Positions 43,707 through 56,603 of a stretch of DNA of 64,000 bases are shown here, in pieces. Location: assembly GCA_016790695.1 (NCBI GenBank), contig JAEUOS010000145.1, positions 53,712 to 117,711 on the forward strand. The letters run 5' to 3'. The position numbers and the translations under genes were made by a program. The first letter of the stretch is position 1. Each line of letters opens with the position of its first letter. This DNA comes from Burkholderiales bacterium. Its GTDB lineage: Bacteria; Pseudomonadota; Gammaproteobacteria; Burkholderiales; JAEUOS01. The notes under the pieces are model-generated. The model was given only the letters and a program-made list of their open reading frames with translations, did no database searches and was not told where the DNA came from.

Positions 43707-44588
43707 ATGGCCGATTGCCTTCTTCCGTTCCTGTTCGAAGGAGGCGACGTGCGCGGCGCCGTGGTGAGCCTCGACGCCGCGTGGCGCGACGTCTTGTCCC
43801 GGCGTGCGTATCCGGCGCCCGTGCGCAGCCTGCTCGGCGAGGCGATGGCGGCAGCCGCCCTGCTGTCCTCGACCCTGAAGTTCGACGGACGCCTGGTCCT
43901 GCAGGCACAGGCGGAGGCGCCGGATGCGGCGGTGCGCCTGATGGTGGTCGAATGCGATGCGCGCCTCGGCCTGCGTGCCACCGCAAAGCTTGGTGATTCC
44001 GCGGCCGGGCGCGACGGCGGTGGCCTCGCAGAGCTTCTCGGCGGCGGGCGCCTGGTGATCACCCTCGATCCGCCGGACGGACAGGTCGCCTACCAGGGCG
44101 TCGTCGATCTCGAAGGCGCGGACCTGGCGCAGGCGTTGCAGGCCTACATGGCGAAGTCGGAGCAGATCGACACGCGCTTCGTGCTCGCAGCCGACGACCG
44201 CCGCGCCGTGGGTTGCCTGGTGCAGCGCCTGCCCGGCCACGGCGCCGCGGCCGCGCTCTGGGAGGATGCGAGCCTGATCGCGCGCACCATGTCGCCGGAG
44301 GAACTGCTCGGCCTGGCGCCGCACGAGGCGGTGCGGCGCCTGTACCATGCCTACGACCTGCGGATCTTCGCCGAGCGCGCCGCCGCGTTTCGCTGCCGCT
44401 GCTCGCGCGAGCGCGTGGCCGACATGCTGCGCATGCTCGGCCGCGCCGAGGTGGACAGCATCGTAGCCGAACGCGGGGCGGTGTCGGTGGACTGCGATTT
44501 CTGCCATCAGTCGTACGGCTTCGATGCGATCGACGCCGCGCGGCTGTTCCTGGTCGATGCGGCCGCAGGACCTGACACGCGCCACTGA
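43707..44588 (+). CDS. hslO: Redox-regulated chaperone Hsp33
   Basis: LKFDGRL, YQGVV, SEQIDT and the zinc site CRCS...CDFC. Confidence 0.93.
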   Translation: MADCLLPFLFEGGDVRGAVVSLDAAWRDVLSRRAYPAPVRSLLGEAMAAAALLSSTLKFDGRLVLQAQAEAPDAAVRLMVVECDARLGLRATAKLGDSAAGRDGGGLAELLGGGRLVITLDPPDGQVAYQGVVDLEGADLAQALQAYMAKSEQIDTRFVLAADDRRAVGCLVQRLPGHGAAAALWEDASLIARTMSPEELLGLAPHEAVRRLYHAYDLRIFAERAAAFRCRCSRERVADMLRMLGRAEVDSIVAERGAVSVDCDFCHQSYGFDAIDAARLFLVDAAAGPDTRH

Positions 44589-44635
44589 CCGAACTGTGCC
44601 GGACGCTGCATCCGGACGCGCGTCCGCCGCGTATT

Positions 44636-44676
44636 CTCGAGCGCCAGGCGCGCGACGCGCGCGCCTGGTGCTCGAG
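44636..44676. other. 19-bp inverted repeat after hslO
   Basis: CTCGAGCGCCAGGCGCGCG-ACG-CGCGCGCCTGGTGCTCGAG, with one G-U pair. Confidence 0.55.
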
Positions 44677-44714
44677 CGGCGCTTCGCGCCCCCGTCCCGG
44701 TAAACTTCCCTCCG

Positions 44715-46268
44715 ATGCCGCTCCAAACGCTATTTCGCTCGTTCCGGCTGTCGTTCCTGCCGCCGCTGATGGTCTACGTGGCCGCCGGCATCTCCGGACT
44801 CACCGGGATCGTCGGCACCTTCTTCGTCAAGGAATACCTCGGCCTGTCGGCGCAGTTCCTCGCCGCGCTCGGATTCTGGCTGGTTCTGCCCTGGACGCTG
44901 AAGATGCCGGTCGGCCATGTCGTCGACCTTCTCTGGCGCTGGAAGGCCGGCTTCGTGTTCCTCGGTGCCGCGTTCCTGATGGCCAGCATCGCGATCATGC
45001 TCGGCCTGCTGCTCGAGCCGCAGGCGATGCGTGCGCTGATGCCCGCCGATCGCTGGTACGTGCTGGCCGCGGTGCTCTCGCCGGTCGGATACATGCTGCA
45101 GGACGTCGTCGCCGATGCGATGACCGTCGAGGCGGTGCCGCACCGGCACCCCGATGGACGGCCGGTCGCGGCGGAGGAGTTGCGTGCGATGCACACCACC
45201 ATGCAGACCCTCGGGCGCGTCGCCATCGTCGGCGGCACCATCGTGGTGGCGCTGATCAACGTCGGCTTCCTCTCAGGCGTCGAGGCGCTGCCGCGCGAGG
45301 CGAAGGCGGCGGCCTATGCGAATGTCTATGCGAGCGCGCTGGCGATTCCGCTGATCTCCATCGCCGGGGTCGTCATCGCCGCGCTGATGCGTCGCGGCGT
45401 TGTGGCCGGCGGCGATGCCGAACGCGCGCGGCCCCCGGTCAACTGGTGGGTGCTGGGCGGCGGGCTGGCGTTCGCCGTGGTTTCGGTGGCGGTCGGCCTG
45501 GCCGACCTGAAGTACGGCCAGGAAGTCGTGTTCGTGGCGTCGATGTGCATCGTGGTGGTGCTGATCCTGCGCCTGGTGCGCGAACTCGACGCCGACGCGC
45601 GCGCCACCCTGCTCGGAACCGCGCTGGTGATCTTCGTCTTTCGGGCGATGCCGGGGCCGGGGGCGGGCGCGTCCTGGTGGGGCATCGATGTCCTCGGTTT
45701 CGATCCGGCCTTTCTCGCCAAGCTCTCCATGCTCTCGGGGCTGGTTGCGCTCGCCGGTCTGCTGATCTATCGGCGCTTCTTCGCGCAGCAATCGATCTAC
45801 CAGGTCGTCGGTTGGCTCACCGTGCTCGGCTCGGTCATGGCGCTGCCGCAGATCGGCATGGCCTACGGGTTGCACGAGTGGACCGCCGCGCGCACCGGCG
45901 GCGTGGTCGATGCCCGCTTCATCGCCATCCTCGACACTGCGCTCGAGTCGCCGCTCGGGCAGGTGGCGATGGTGCCGATGCTGGCGTGGATCGCGAACTC
46001 GGCGCCGGCGACCCTGAAGGCGACGTACTTCGCGGTGATGGCGTCGTTCACCAATCTGGCGCTCTCCGCGGCGCAACTCGGCACGAAGTACCTGAACCGC
46101 GCCTTCGTGGTCAGCCGCGAGGTGCGCGACGCGGCGTCCGGCGCGGTCAAGGTGCCCGCGGACTATTCGGAGATCGGCGTTCTGCTGATCACCTGCATGG
46201 CGCTGGGGCTCGTGGTGCCGCTTGCGACCATCGTGCTGGTGCGGGCGGTCCGCCTCAAGGGGGCGTGA
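44715..46268 (+). CDS. MFS-type membrane transporter (folate-biopterin/BT1-like)
   Basis: About 12 TM segments, LPWTLKM and QDVVADAMTVE motifs. The family assignment is tentative. Confidence 0.65.
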   Translation: MPLQTLFRSFRLSFLPPLMVYVAAGISGLTGIVGTFFVKEYLGLSAQFLAALGFWLVLPWTLKMPVGHVVDLLWRWKAGFVFLGAAFLMASIAIMLGLLLEPQAMRALMPADRWYVLAAVLSPVGYMLQDVVADAMTVEAVPHRHPDGRPVAAEELRAMHTTMQTLGRVAIVGGTIVVALINVGFLSGVEALPREAKAAAYANVYASALAIPLISIAGVVIAALMRRGVVAGGDAERARPPVNWWVLGGGLAFAVVSVAVGLADLKYGQEVVFVASMCIVVVLILRLVRELDADARATLLGTALVIFVFRAMPGPGAGASWWGIDVLGFDPAFLAKLSMLSGLVALAGLLIYRRFFAQQSIYQVVGWLTVLGSVMALPQIGMAYGLHEWTAARTGGVVDARFIAILDTALESPLGQVAMVPMLAWIANSAPATLKATYFAVMASFTNLALSAAQLGTKYLNRAFVVSREVRDAASGAVKVPADYSEIGVLLITCMALGLVVPLATIVLVRAVRLKGA

Positions 46269-46355
46269 GCCTGCACGCGGCGCCCGAGCGGGCGTTCGCG
46301 GGTGCGCTCGATCGCCTTCCGCATTGGAGAGCAGGGCGGCCCGGTGACGACGGCC

Positions 46356-46391
46356 TTGCCAGCAAGTCTTGGTTACTGTATAAAGAGACAG
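46356..46391 (+). promoter_or_regulatory. lexA sigma70 promoter with overlapping SOS box
   Basis: TTGCCA(46356)-N17-TATAAA(46379), with CTGT-ATAAAGAG-ACAG at 46376-46391. Confidence 0.85.
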
Positions 46392-46413
46392 TCTCCATTC
46401 AAAAGGCATCGCC

Positions 46414-47040
46414 ATGACGATCGGACTGACGGCGCGCCAGACGGAAATCCTCGAATTCATCCGCAGCGCGGTCAAGCGCACCGGGATGCCGCCAACGCGC
46501 GCGGAAATCGCCCAGACGTTCGGATTCCGTTCGGCGAACGCGGCGGAGGAGCACCTGCGTGCGCTGGCGCGCAAAGGGGCGATCGAGATCGCAAGCGGCA
46601 CGGCACGCGGCATCCAGCTGGCCGAGCAAATCTCCGGGGCCATGCAGTCGATCGTCGCGCTGCCGCTGGTCGGCAGGGTCGCCGCCGGCAGCCCGATCCT
46701 CGCCGAGCAGAACGTCGAGCGCAACGTCCCGGTCGATCCCTCCGTGTTCAAGCCGCAGGCGGACTATCTTCTCAAGGTGCGCGGCATGTCGATGAAGGAC
46801 ATCGGCATTCTCGACGGCGACCTGCTCGCGGTGCACGCACAGCAGGAGGCGCGCAACGGCCAGGTGGTGGTGGCGCGCATCGACGCCGACGTCACGGTCA
46901 AGCGATTCTTCCGCAAGGGCAGCCAGGTCCAGCTGGTTGCGGAGAACCAGGAATTCCCGCCGATCGACGTCGACCTGCGCCGGTCGACGTTTGCGATCGA
47001 AGGGCTGGCCGTGGGCGTGATCCGGGCCGGCGCCCTGTAG
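46414..47040 (+). CDS. lexA: SOS repressor LexA
   Basis: [18 protein letters not shown], cleavage site VAAG, catalytic GMSM and VTVKRF. Confidence 0.97.
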   Translation: MTIGLTARQTEILEFIRSAVKRTGMPPTRAEIAQTFGFRSANAAEEHLRALARKGAIEIASGTARGIQLAEQISGAMQSIVALPLVGRVAAGSPILAEQNVERNVPVDPSVFKPQADYLLKVRGMSMKDIGILDGDLLAVHAQQEARNGQVVVARIDADVTVKRFFRKGSQVQLVAENQEFPPIDVDLRRSTFAIEGLAVGVIRAGAL

Positions 47041-47060
47041 CGCGGCGGCGCCGCCGGGCG

Positions 47061-47753
47061 CTAGCGCTTCGCGTACTGGGTGGCGCCGAACAGCATTTCG
47101 CGGGCCTTGTCGTCCATGCCGGGCTTGCGCAGATCGGCAAGCACCGTGACGCCGCGCTGCACGGCGGGGCGCTCGCTGATCGTCTCGAACCAACGCTTGA
47201 GGTTCGGATGGTCGTCCATGTTCTGCCCCTGTCCCTGCCAGTTGCGCAGCCACGGCCAGATCGCCATGTCGGCGATGGTGTAGTTCCTGCCCGCGATGTA
47301 GGCGCACTTGGACAGCTGCCGATCCATCACCCCGTACAGGCGCCGCGTCTCGTTCGTGTAGCGATTGATCGCGTACTCGATCTTCTCCGGCGCATAGTTG
47401 CGGAAGTGGTGGGTCTGACCGAGCATCGGCCCGACGCCGCCCATCTGGAACATCAGCCATTGCAGCGTGTTGTAGCGCTCGCGGTCGGTCTTGCCGAGGA
47501 ATCGTCCGGTCTTGCCGGCGAGGTAGACGAGGATCGCGCCGGACTCGAACAACGAGATCGGCTTGCCGTCCGGGCCGTCGCTGTCGACGATCGCCGGCAT
47601 CTTGTTGTTGGGGCTGATGGCGAGGAACTCCGGCTTGAACTGGTCGCCTTTTCCGATGTCCACCGGATGGACGCGGTAGGACAGGCCGCACTCCTCGAGC
47701 ATGATGTGGATCTTGTGGCCGTTGGGCGTGGCCCAGCTGTAGAGGTCGATCAT
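47061..47753 (-). CDS. Glutathione S-transferase, YfcG/Nu-class
   Basis: TPNGHK, SPNNKMPAI, FESGAIL and QMGGVGPMLGQ. Confidence 0.9.
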   Translation of the reverse strand: MIDLYSWATPNGHKIHIMLEECGLSYRVHPVDIGKGDQFKPEFLAISPNNKMPAIVDSDGPDGKPISLFESGAILVYLAGKTGRFLGKTDRERYNTLQWLMFQMGGVGPMLGQTHHFRNYAPEKIEYAINRYTNETRRLYGVMDRQLSKCAYIAGRNYTIADMAIWPWLRNWQGQGQNMDDHPNLKRWFETISERPAVQRGVTVLADLRKPGMDDKAREMLFGATQYAKR

Positions 47754-47772
47754 GATGCCGTCCGTTCGGTGG

Positions 47773-49044
47773 TCAGGCGCCGCGCGTGATCGGGATCTCG
47801 ACCTTGTCGGCGGCACCCGGGATCTTCATGTGCTTGGCCAGCTCGAGCTTGGCGATCATGTTGCGGTGGACCTCGTCGGGGCCGTCGGCGAAGCGCAGCG
47901 TGCGCTGATGCGCCCACAGGCTGGCGAGCGGGAAGTCGCCCGAGACCCCGGCCGCGCCATGCACCTGCATCGCCCAGTCGAGGATCTTTCCGGACACGTT
48001 CGGAGCGAGCACCTTGATCATCGCGATCTCGGTGCGCGCGATCTTGTTGCCCACGGTGTCCATCATGTAGGCGGCCTTCAGGGTCAGCAGGCGCGCGGAG
48101 TCGATCATGATGCGCGCTTCGGCGATGCGCTCCTGCGTCACGGTCTGGTCGGCCACCGCCTTGCCGAAGGCGACGCGCTTGAGCGCGCGCTGGCACATGA
48201 GCTCGAGGGCGCGCTCCGCGACGCCGATCGAACGCATGCAATGGTGGATCCGGCCCGGCCCGAGGCGGCCCTGCGCGATCTCGAAGCCGCGCCCCTCGCC
48301 GAGCAGCATGTTGGTCACCGGGACGCGCACGTCCTTGAAGATCATCTCCGCATGGCCGTGCGGCGCATCGTCGTAGCCGAACACGGTCAGCGGGCGCACC
48401 ACGGTGACGCCGGGGGTGTCGCGCGGCACCAGGATCATCGACTGCTGCGAGTGGCGCGCCGCCGTCGGATCGGTCTTGCCCATGAAGATGAAGATCTTGC
48501 AGCGCGGGTCGGGAGCGCCTGACGACCACCACTTGCGGCCGTTGATCACGTAGTGGTCGCCGTCGCGCACGATCGAGGACTGGATGTTGGTGGCGTCCGA
48601 GGAGGCGACGTCGGGCTCGGTCATCGCGAAGCAGGAGCGGATCTCGCCGCGCAGCAGCGGGTCGAGCCACGCGCGCTTCTGTTCCTCGGTGCCGTAGCGC
48701 TCCAGCGTTTCCATGTTGCCGGTATCCGGGGCCGAGCAGTTGAAGACCTCGGCCGACCATGGCGCCCGGCCCATGATCTCGCACAGCGGCGCGTAGTCGA
48801 GGTTCGACAGGCCGCCATCGGGGGCGCGCTCGGAGCGCGGCAGGAACAGGTTCCACAGCCCCTGTTCGCGCGCCTTGACCTTGAGCTCGTCGATGAGCTT
48901 GAGCGGCACCCAGGGATTGCCCTTGGCACGGTTGGCCTCGATCTCGGCATGGTAGGCGTGCTCGTTGGGATAGATGTGCTGGTCCATGAACCGGAGCAGG
49001 CGGGCCTGCAGGTCCTTGCAGCGGGCTGAGTATTCGAATTCCAT
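47773..49044 (-). CDS. Acyl-CoA dehydrogenase (ACAD10/11-like)
   Basis: [41 protein letters not shown] and ADGPDEVH. Confidence 0.92.
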   Translation of the reverse strand: MEFEYSARCKDLQARLLRFMDQHIYPNEHAYHAEIEANRAKGNPWVPLKLIDELKVKAREQGLWNLFLPRSERAPDGGLSNLDYAPLCEIMGRAPWSAEVFNCSAPDTGNMETLERYGTEEQKRAWLDPLLRGEIRSCFAMTEPDVASSDATNIQSSIVRDGDHYVINGRKWWSSGAPDPRCKIFIFMGKTDPTAARHSQQSMILVPRDTPGVTVVRPLTVFGYDDAPHGHAEMIFKDVRVPVTNMLLGEGRGFEIAQGRLGPGRIHHCMRSIGVAERALELMCQRALKRVAFGKAVADQTVTQERIAEARIMIDSARLLTLKAAYMMDTVGNKIARTEIAMIKVLAPNVSGKILDWAMQVHGAAGVSGDFPLASLWAHQRTLRFADGPDEVHRNMIAKLELAKHMKIPGAADKVEIPITRGA

Positions 49045-49077
49045 GGTCTTCTCCAGTTGAAAGGGGTACTTCGTCAA

Positions 49078-50145
49078 TCAGCGATTCAGGATCTTCTCGA
49101 CCTGCGCCCAGCCCATCTCGGCCATCGGCTTGGCGCGGCGCCCGGCGTCGAGCGCCTGCGGGCTGGCGGCGGTGCCGTCCACATAGCGCTTCATGATGCC
49201 CTGCAGGATGCCGCACAGGCGGAACATGTTGTAGGCGAGGTAGAAGCCCCACGAGGCGGTGTCGACCGCGCGCCCCGCGTTGGCTGCGTACATCGCGATG
49301 TACTCCGCCTCGCTCGGAATGCCCAGCGCCGCGTGATCGAGGCCGTGGATGCCGCGGAACTGGCCCGGCGCGATGTGCCAGCTCATGCAGTGATACGAGA
49401 AGTCGGCCATCGGATGGCCCAGGGTCGAGAGCTCCCAGTCGAGCACGGCGAGAATGCGCGGCTCGGTCGGGTGGAAGATCATGTTGTCGAGCCGGTAGTC
49501 CCCGTGCACGATCGAGGTGTCGTCGCCGGGCGGAATGTTCTTCGGCAGCCACGCGATGAGGCTCTCCATCGCCGGGATGGTCTCGGTCTCGGACGCGCGG
49601 TACTGCTTGGTCCAGCGCTCGATCTGGCGCGCGAAATAGTTGCCGGGCTTGCCGAACGTTTCCAGGCCGATCGCCTTGTAGTCGGTGCTGTGCAGTTGCG
49701 CGATGACCCGGTTCATCTCGGCATAGATCGCGGTGCGCTCGGCAGGGGACATGCCGGGGAGGGACTGGTCCCAAAGCACGCGCCCCTCGACGCATTCCAT
49801 GATGTAGAAGGCACGGCCGATCACGGACTCGTCCTCGCACAGGGCATGCATGCGGGCGACCGGGAACCCGGCCCGGCCGAGCGCGGCCTGCACCCGATAC
49901 TCGCGATCGACGGCATGCGCCGACGGCAGCAGCTTGGCGGCCGGCCCGGGCTTGGCGCGCATGACGTAGTGGCGTCCGCCGGCGGACAGCTTGAAGGTCG
50001 GGTTCGACTGGCCGCCCTTGAACTGCTGCGCCGACAAGTCGCCCGAGAATCCCTCGACATGCGCGCGCATGTAGTCGCGCAGTGCACCCGTGTCGAACTG
50101 CTGCTTCTCCGATACGGGCCTGGTACCGATGAAATCCTCGAACAC
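49078..50145 (-). CDS. APH-family phosphotransferase (ACAD10/11 kinase-like)
   Basis: GTG start, GGQSNPT, SAHAVDRE, HGDYRLDN and LDWELSTLG. Confidence 0.9.
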   Translation of the reverse strand: MFEDFIGTRPVSEKQQFDTGALRDYMRAHVEGFSGDLSAQQFKGGQSNPTFKLSAGGRHYVMRAKPGPAAKLLPSAHAVDREYRVQAALGRAGFPVARMHALCEDESVIGRAFYIMECVEGRVLWDQSLPGMSPAERTAIYAEMNRVIAQLHSTDYKAIGLETFGKPGNYFARQIERWTKQYRASETETIPAMESLIAWLPKNIPPGDDTSIVHGDYRLDNMIFHPTEPRILAVLDWELSTLGHPMADFSYHCMSWHIAPGQFRGIHGLDHAALGIPSEAEYIAMYAANAGRAVDTASWGFYLAYNMFRLCGILQGIMKRYVDGTAASPQALDAGRRAKPMAEMGWAQVEKILNR

Positions 50146-50146
50146 C

Positions 50147-50896
50147 CTAGTGCCCCTTTCTGAAGCGGAGGAATTTTTCCAGCAGTTCCTCCAGCGTGGT
50201 CTTGCGCGTCTTGGTCTGCAGCAGATCGAGCGCGGCGAGATTGACGGCGCGCACCACGAAGTCGCCCGGGGCATCGCCAACGTCTATCAGATTAATACAA
50301 GCCGGGGTCTGGTGCAGGGCGGGCAGAAAGGCGGCGCATCGGCCGTCCGCGCCGCCCGCCAGGCAATAGCTGAGGATGGCGCGGTTGGTTCCGCCGTGGA
50401 GCACCAGGAGCGCCTCGCGCCAGGCCGGGTCGGCGAGCAGCCTGGCGAACGCCGGCCAGACCCGCTCGACGAACTCCCGCACCGACTCGCCTCCTAGGAA
50501 GCGCGCATCGAAATTCGACGGGCGGCCGAACACGCCGAGAAACCCTTCCTCGACATCTTCGGCGCGGATGTCCTGCACGCGGGCGCCGCGGATCTCCCGC
50601 AGTTCCGGCCAGGTCTCGTACGCGGGGGCGCGCTGGCGGTTGTGCTGCAGGACCAGTTCGGCGGTTTCGATGGTGCGCGGCAGGCCCGAGACGATGACGC
50701 GGTCGAACGCCACGTCGCGGAGGAGGTCGCCGGCGGCCTTCGATTGGGCGCGGCCGAGTTCGTTCAGCGGCGCCATGTCGGTCCCGACCGGCCGGCCGGC
50801 AGTGTCGAAATAGCTCGACGAGCCATGGCGCATCAGGTAGATGCGCCGCCGCGCACCGAAGGTGCGCGCGGCGAGGCGCTCGAGGGCGTCGCTCAT
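50147..50896 (-). CDS. Histidine phosphatase family protein
   Basis: LMRHG, SGLPRTIETA, GES and LHGGTNR. Confidence 0.88.
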   Translation of the reverse strand: MSDALERLAARTFGARRRIYLMRHGSSSYFDTAGRPVGTDMAPLNELGRAQSKAAGDLLRDVAFDRVIVSGLPRTIETAELVLQHNRQRAPAYETWPELREIRGARVQDIRAEDVEEGFLGVFGRPSNFDARFLGGESVREFVERVWPAFARLLADPAWREALLVLHGGTNRAILSYCLAGGADGRCAAFLPALHQTPACINLIDVGDAPGDFVVRAVNLAALDLLQTKTRKTTLEELLEKFLRFRKGH

Positions 50897-50939
50897 CGCG
50901 TGCCGGGCGGAGGTCGCCGGCACGGCCCGCCGGTCCGTG

Positions 50940-51383
50940 TCATGGGGCCGCTTTCGTCAGGATCGCCAGGGTCAGGCGTGACATGCACACCAGGCGTTCC
51001 TGCGCGTCGGTGATGCGGATCTCCCACACCTGGGTGGAGCGGCCGCGGTGCACGGGGCGCGCGGTCCCCGACACCCAGCCCGATCCCTTCGTCACCGCGC
51101 GCACATGATTGGCGTTGATCTCCAGGCCGACGCAGTAGTGCGTCGCCGGGTCGAGCGTGTATGCGCAGCCGGTGCTGCCGAGCGTCTCGGCCAGGACCAC
51201 GGAGGCGCCGCCGTGCAGGATCCCGGCGGGCTGGATGCTGCGCTCGTCGACCGGGATGCGGCCGCGGATGAAGTCGTCGCCGACTTCGTCGAACTCCATG
51301 CCCATCAGCGCCGGCAGCGTGCCGACGTGGCGCTCCCTGATCGATGTCGGCGTCGGCCGGCGGAACCAGATCGCTCCGCTCAT
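50940..51383 (-). CDS. Hotdog-fold thioesterase (MenI/YdiI-like)
   Basis: QPAGILHGGASVVLAETLGS and VGLEINANH. Confidence 0.9.
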   Translation of the reverse strand: MSGAIWFRRPTPTSIRERHVGTLPALMGMEFDEVGDDFIRGRIPVDERSIQPAGILHGGASVVLAETLGSTGCAYTLDPATHYCVGLEINANHVRAVTKGSGWVSGTARPVHRGRSTQVWEIRITDAQERLVCMSRLTLAILTKAAP

Positions 51384-51393
51384 CCGGTCCGCC

Positions 51394-52596
<1,203 letters not shown>

Positions 52597-52758
52597 GATG
52601 TCATTCCCTTGCAGATGAACGAGGCGTCGCGACGATGCCCGGCGGTCCGGTGCTCCGGCCGCGGGCGAACCGGGTCGAGATGGTATCACCAAGGCCTGGC
52701 GCGACTGTGCTTAAATTGCCGGCCCGTCGCCCGCAAACCCGAATCCTGGAGACATGTC

Positions 52759-53412
52759 ATGCTGAAGCTATGCGGCTTTGCCGTCAGCAACTACTACAAC
52801 AAGGTCAAGATCGCTCTGCTCGAGAAAGGCGTCCCGTTCGAGGAGGAACTGGTCTGGACTTCGCAGAAGGAGGACATGCTGCGCCGCTCGCCGATGGGCA
52901 AGGTGCCGTTCATCGAGACCGCGCACGGAAACCTGAGCGAATCCTCGGTGATCAACGAATACATCGAGGAGGCATATCCGCAGACGCCGCTGTTTCCCGC
53001 CGATCCGTGGCAGCGCGCCAAGGTGCGCGAGCTCACGAACCTGCTCGACATGCACCTCGAACTGCAGGCGCGCCGCCTGTACGCGGGCGCGTTCTTCGGC
53101 GGCACCGTATCGGAGGAAGCCAAGGCCGAGGTCAGGAAGGAGCTCGACAAGGGCGTGCGCGCGCTGGCCGGCATGGCCGTGTTCGGGCCGTTCATCGCCG
53201 GGGCATCGCTGACCTACGCCGACTGCGCCGCCTATGTGCACCTGCCGCTGATCGCCGCGGCCAGCAAGTGGGCCTACGGGGCCGACGCGCTCGCCGGGAT
53301 CGCCGGCGTCCGGCCCTACCTCGCGATGATGAAGGCGCGGCCGCACATCCAGAAGGTCGACGCCGATCGCAAGGCGAGCCTGGAACTGATGGCACAGAGG
53401 AACAAGGCATGA
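52759..53412 (+). CDS. Glutathione S-transferase family protein
   Basis: SNYYNKVK, SPMGKVPFI and LSESSVI. GGAG RBS. Confidence 0.88.
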   Translation: MLKLCGFAVSNYYNKVKIALLEKGVPFEEELVWTSQKEDMLRRSPMGKVPFIETAHGNLSESSVINEYIEEAYPQTPLFPADPWQRAKVRELTNLLDMHLELQARRLYAGAFFGGTVSEEAKAEVRKELDKGVRALAGMAVFGPFIAGASLTYADCAAYVHLPLIAAASKWAYGADALAGIAGVRPYLAMMKARPHIQKVDADRKASLELMAQRNKA

Positions 53413-54179
53413 GCCTCGCCGGCAAGGTGGCCTGGATCACCGGCGGCGGTTCGGGCATCGGCCTGGCCGGCGCGGTCGAGCTTGCCCGTGCCGGATGCCG
53501 TGTGGTCATCTCCGGGCGGGATCCGGCCAAGCTGGCCGGCGCGGTGGCCGACGCGGCGCGTCGCGGTGCGCCCGCCGGGGCGGTCAGCGCGGCGGCACTG
53601 GACGTGGCCGACAAGGCGGCCGTGGCGCGGGTGGCGGCGCAGATCGAGCAGGAATGCGGGCGGGTCGACATCCTCGTCAACAGCGCCGGGGTCAATTTTC
53701 CCAAGCGGTTCTGGACCGAGACCGACGCCGAGACCTTCGAGCAGGTGGTCGCGATCAATCTCAACGGTGCGACCTATTGCACGCTGGCTGTCCTCAAGGG
53801 GATGCAGCAGCGCCGCGAGGGCACGGTGATCAATGTCGCCTCGTTCGCGGGGTGGCACTTCAGCTATCTCACGGGCCCCGCGTACACGGCCAGCAAGGCG
53901 GGCATGATGGCCCTGACGCATTCGTTCAACATCGAGGAGTGCGTCAACGGGTTGCGCGCCACGGCGCTCTGCCCCGGCGAGGTGGCGACGCCGATCCTCA
54001 AGAAGCGTCCGATCGAGCCGTCCGCCGAGGAAAAGGCGCGCATGCTCCAGGAAGAGGACCTCGGGCGCACGATCCGCTTCATCGCCGAGATGCCGCCTCA
54101 CGTGTGCATCAACGAACTGGTGATCGCCCCGGTGTGGAACCGCATCTACATGGGCGGCGCCGACATCCGGCGCAAGTAG
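53409..54179 (+). CDS. Short-chain dehydrogenase/reductase
   Basis: TGGGSGIG, LVNSAG and YTASK. ATGA overlap with the GST gene. Confidence 0.92.
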   Translation: MSLAGKVAWITGGGSGIGLAGAVELARAGCRVVISGRDPAKLAGAVADAARRGAPAGAVSAAALDVADKAAVARVAAQIEQECGRVDILVNSAGVNFPKRFWTETDAETFEQVVAINLNGATYCTLAVLKGMQQRREGTVINVASFAGWHFSYLTGPAYTASKAGMMALTHSFNIEECVNGLRATALCPGEVATPILKKRPIEPSAEEKARMLQEEDLGRTIRFIAEMPPHVCINELVIAPVWNRIYMGGADIRRK

Positions 54180-54200
54180 GCGTCCGGCCGGCCGCGATGC

Positions 54201-55094
54201 TCAGGCGAGCAGTTCGCGGTCGAGCATGAAGACGAAGTCGTCGCCGGCGGCGACCGACAGCCATGTGAAGGGCGTGTCCGGGTACGCGCGCTCCAGGGCG
54301 GCGCGGTTGTGGCCGATCTCGACGATCAGCTTGCCGCCCGGGTTGAGGTAGGCGCGGGATCGCCGCAGCAGGCTGCGCACCACCGTCAGGCCGTCCTCGC
54401 CGCCGGCGAGCGCGATCTCCGGCTCCGCGCGGTATTCCTTCGGCAGCGACATCATCGATGCTCGATCGACATACGGCGGATTGCTGATGATCAGGTCATA
54501 CCGGGTCGCGGGCAGTGCGTCGAACAGGTCGGACTGCACCGGCCGGACCCGCTCGCCCAGGCCGTAATCGGCAATGTTGCGCCTGGCCACGGCGAGCGCG
54601 TCGGGCGACACGTCGACCGCATCGACCTCGGCCGCGGGGAAGGCCAGCGCCGCGAGGATCGCCAGGCAGCCGGACCCGGTGCACATGTCGAGAACGCGTC
54701 CGACCTGGTCGGGTGCCGCAATCCAGGGCGCGAGGCGGGTGTCGAGCAGTTCGGCGATGAACGAGCGCGGGACGATGACGCGCTCGTCGACGTAGAAGCG
54801 ATGCGCGCCGAGCCACGCTTCCTGCGTGAGATAGGCCGCGGGGACGCGCAGGCGCGCGCGCCGCTCCAGGACCTCGAGCACCGAATTGATCTCGGCCTCG
54901 CTCAGCGCGGCGTCGAGGAAGGGCTCGAGCATGTCGAGCGGCAGGTGCAGCGTGTGCAGGACCAGGTAGGCCGCCTCGTCGTACGCCGATTGCGTGCCGT
55001 GGCCGTAGAAGGCGCCCGCCTGGTTGAGGCTGGAGACGCCGTAGCGCACCAGGTCGCGGACCGTGCGAAAGGGCAGGGGGGCGCCCGCGGACAT
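54201..55094 (-). CDS. prmB: Ribosomal protein L3 N5-glutamine methyltransferase
   Basis: YGHGT, VDERVIVPRSFIAE, LDMCTGSGC and SNPPY. Confidence 0.93.
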   Translation of the reverse strand: MSAGAPLPFRTVRDLVRYGVSSLNQAGAFYGHGTQSAYDEAAYLVLHTLHLPLDMLEPFLDAALSEAEINSVLEVLERRARLRVPAAYLTQEAWLGAHRFYVDERVIVPRSFIAELLDTRLAPWIAAPDQVGRVLDMCTGSGCLAILAALAFPAAEVDAVDVSPDALAVARRNIADYGLGERVRPVQSDLFDALPATRYDLIISNPPYVDRASMMSLPKEYRAEPEIALAGGEDGLTVVRSLLRRSRAYLNPGGKLIVEIGHNRAALERAYPDTPFTWLSVAAGDDFVFMLDRELLA

Positions 55095-55099
55095 GCGGC

Positions 55100-56603
<1,504 letters not shown>

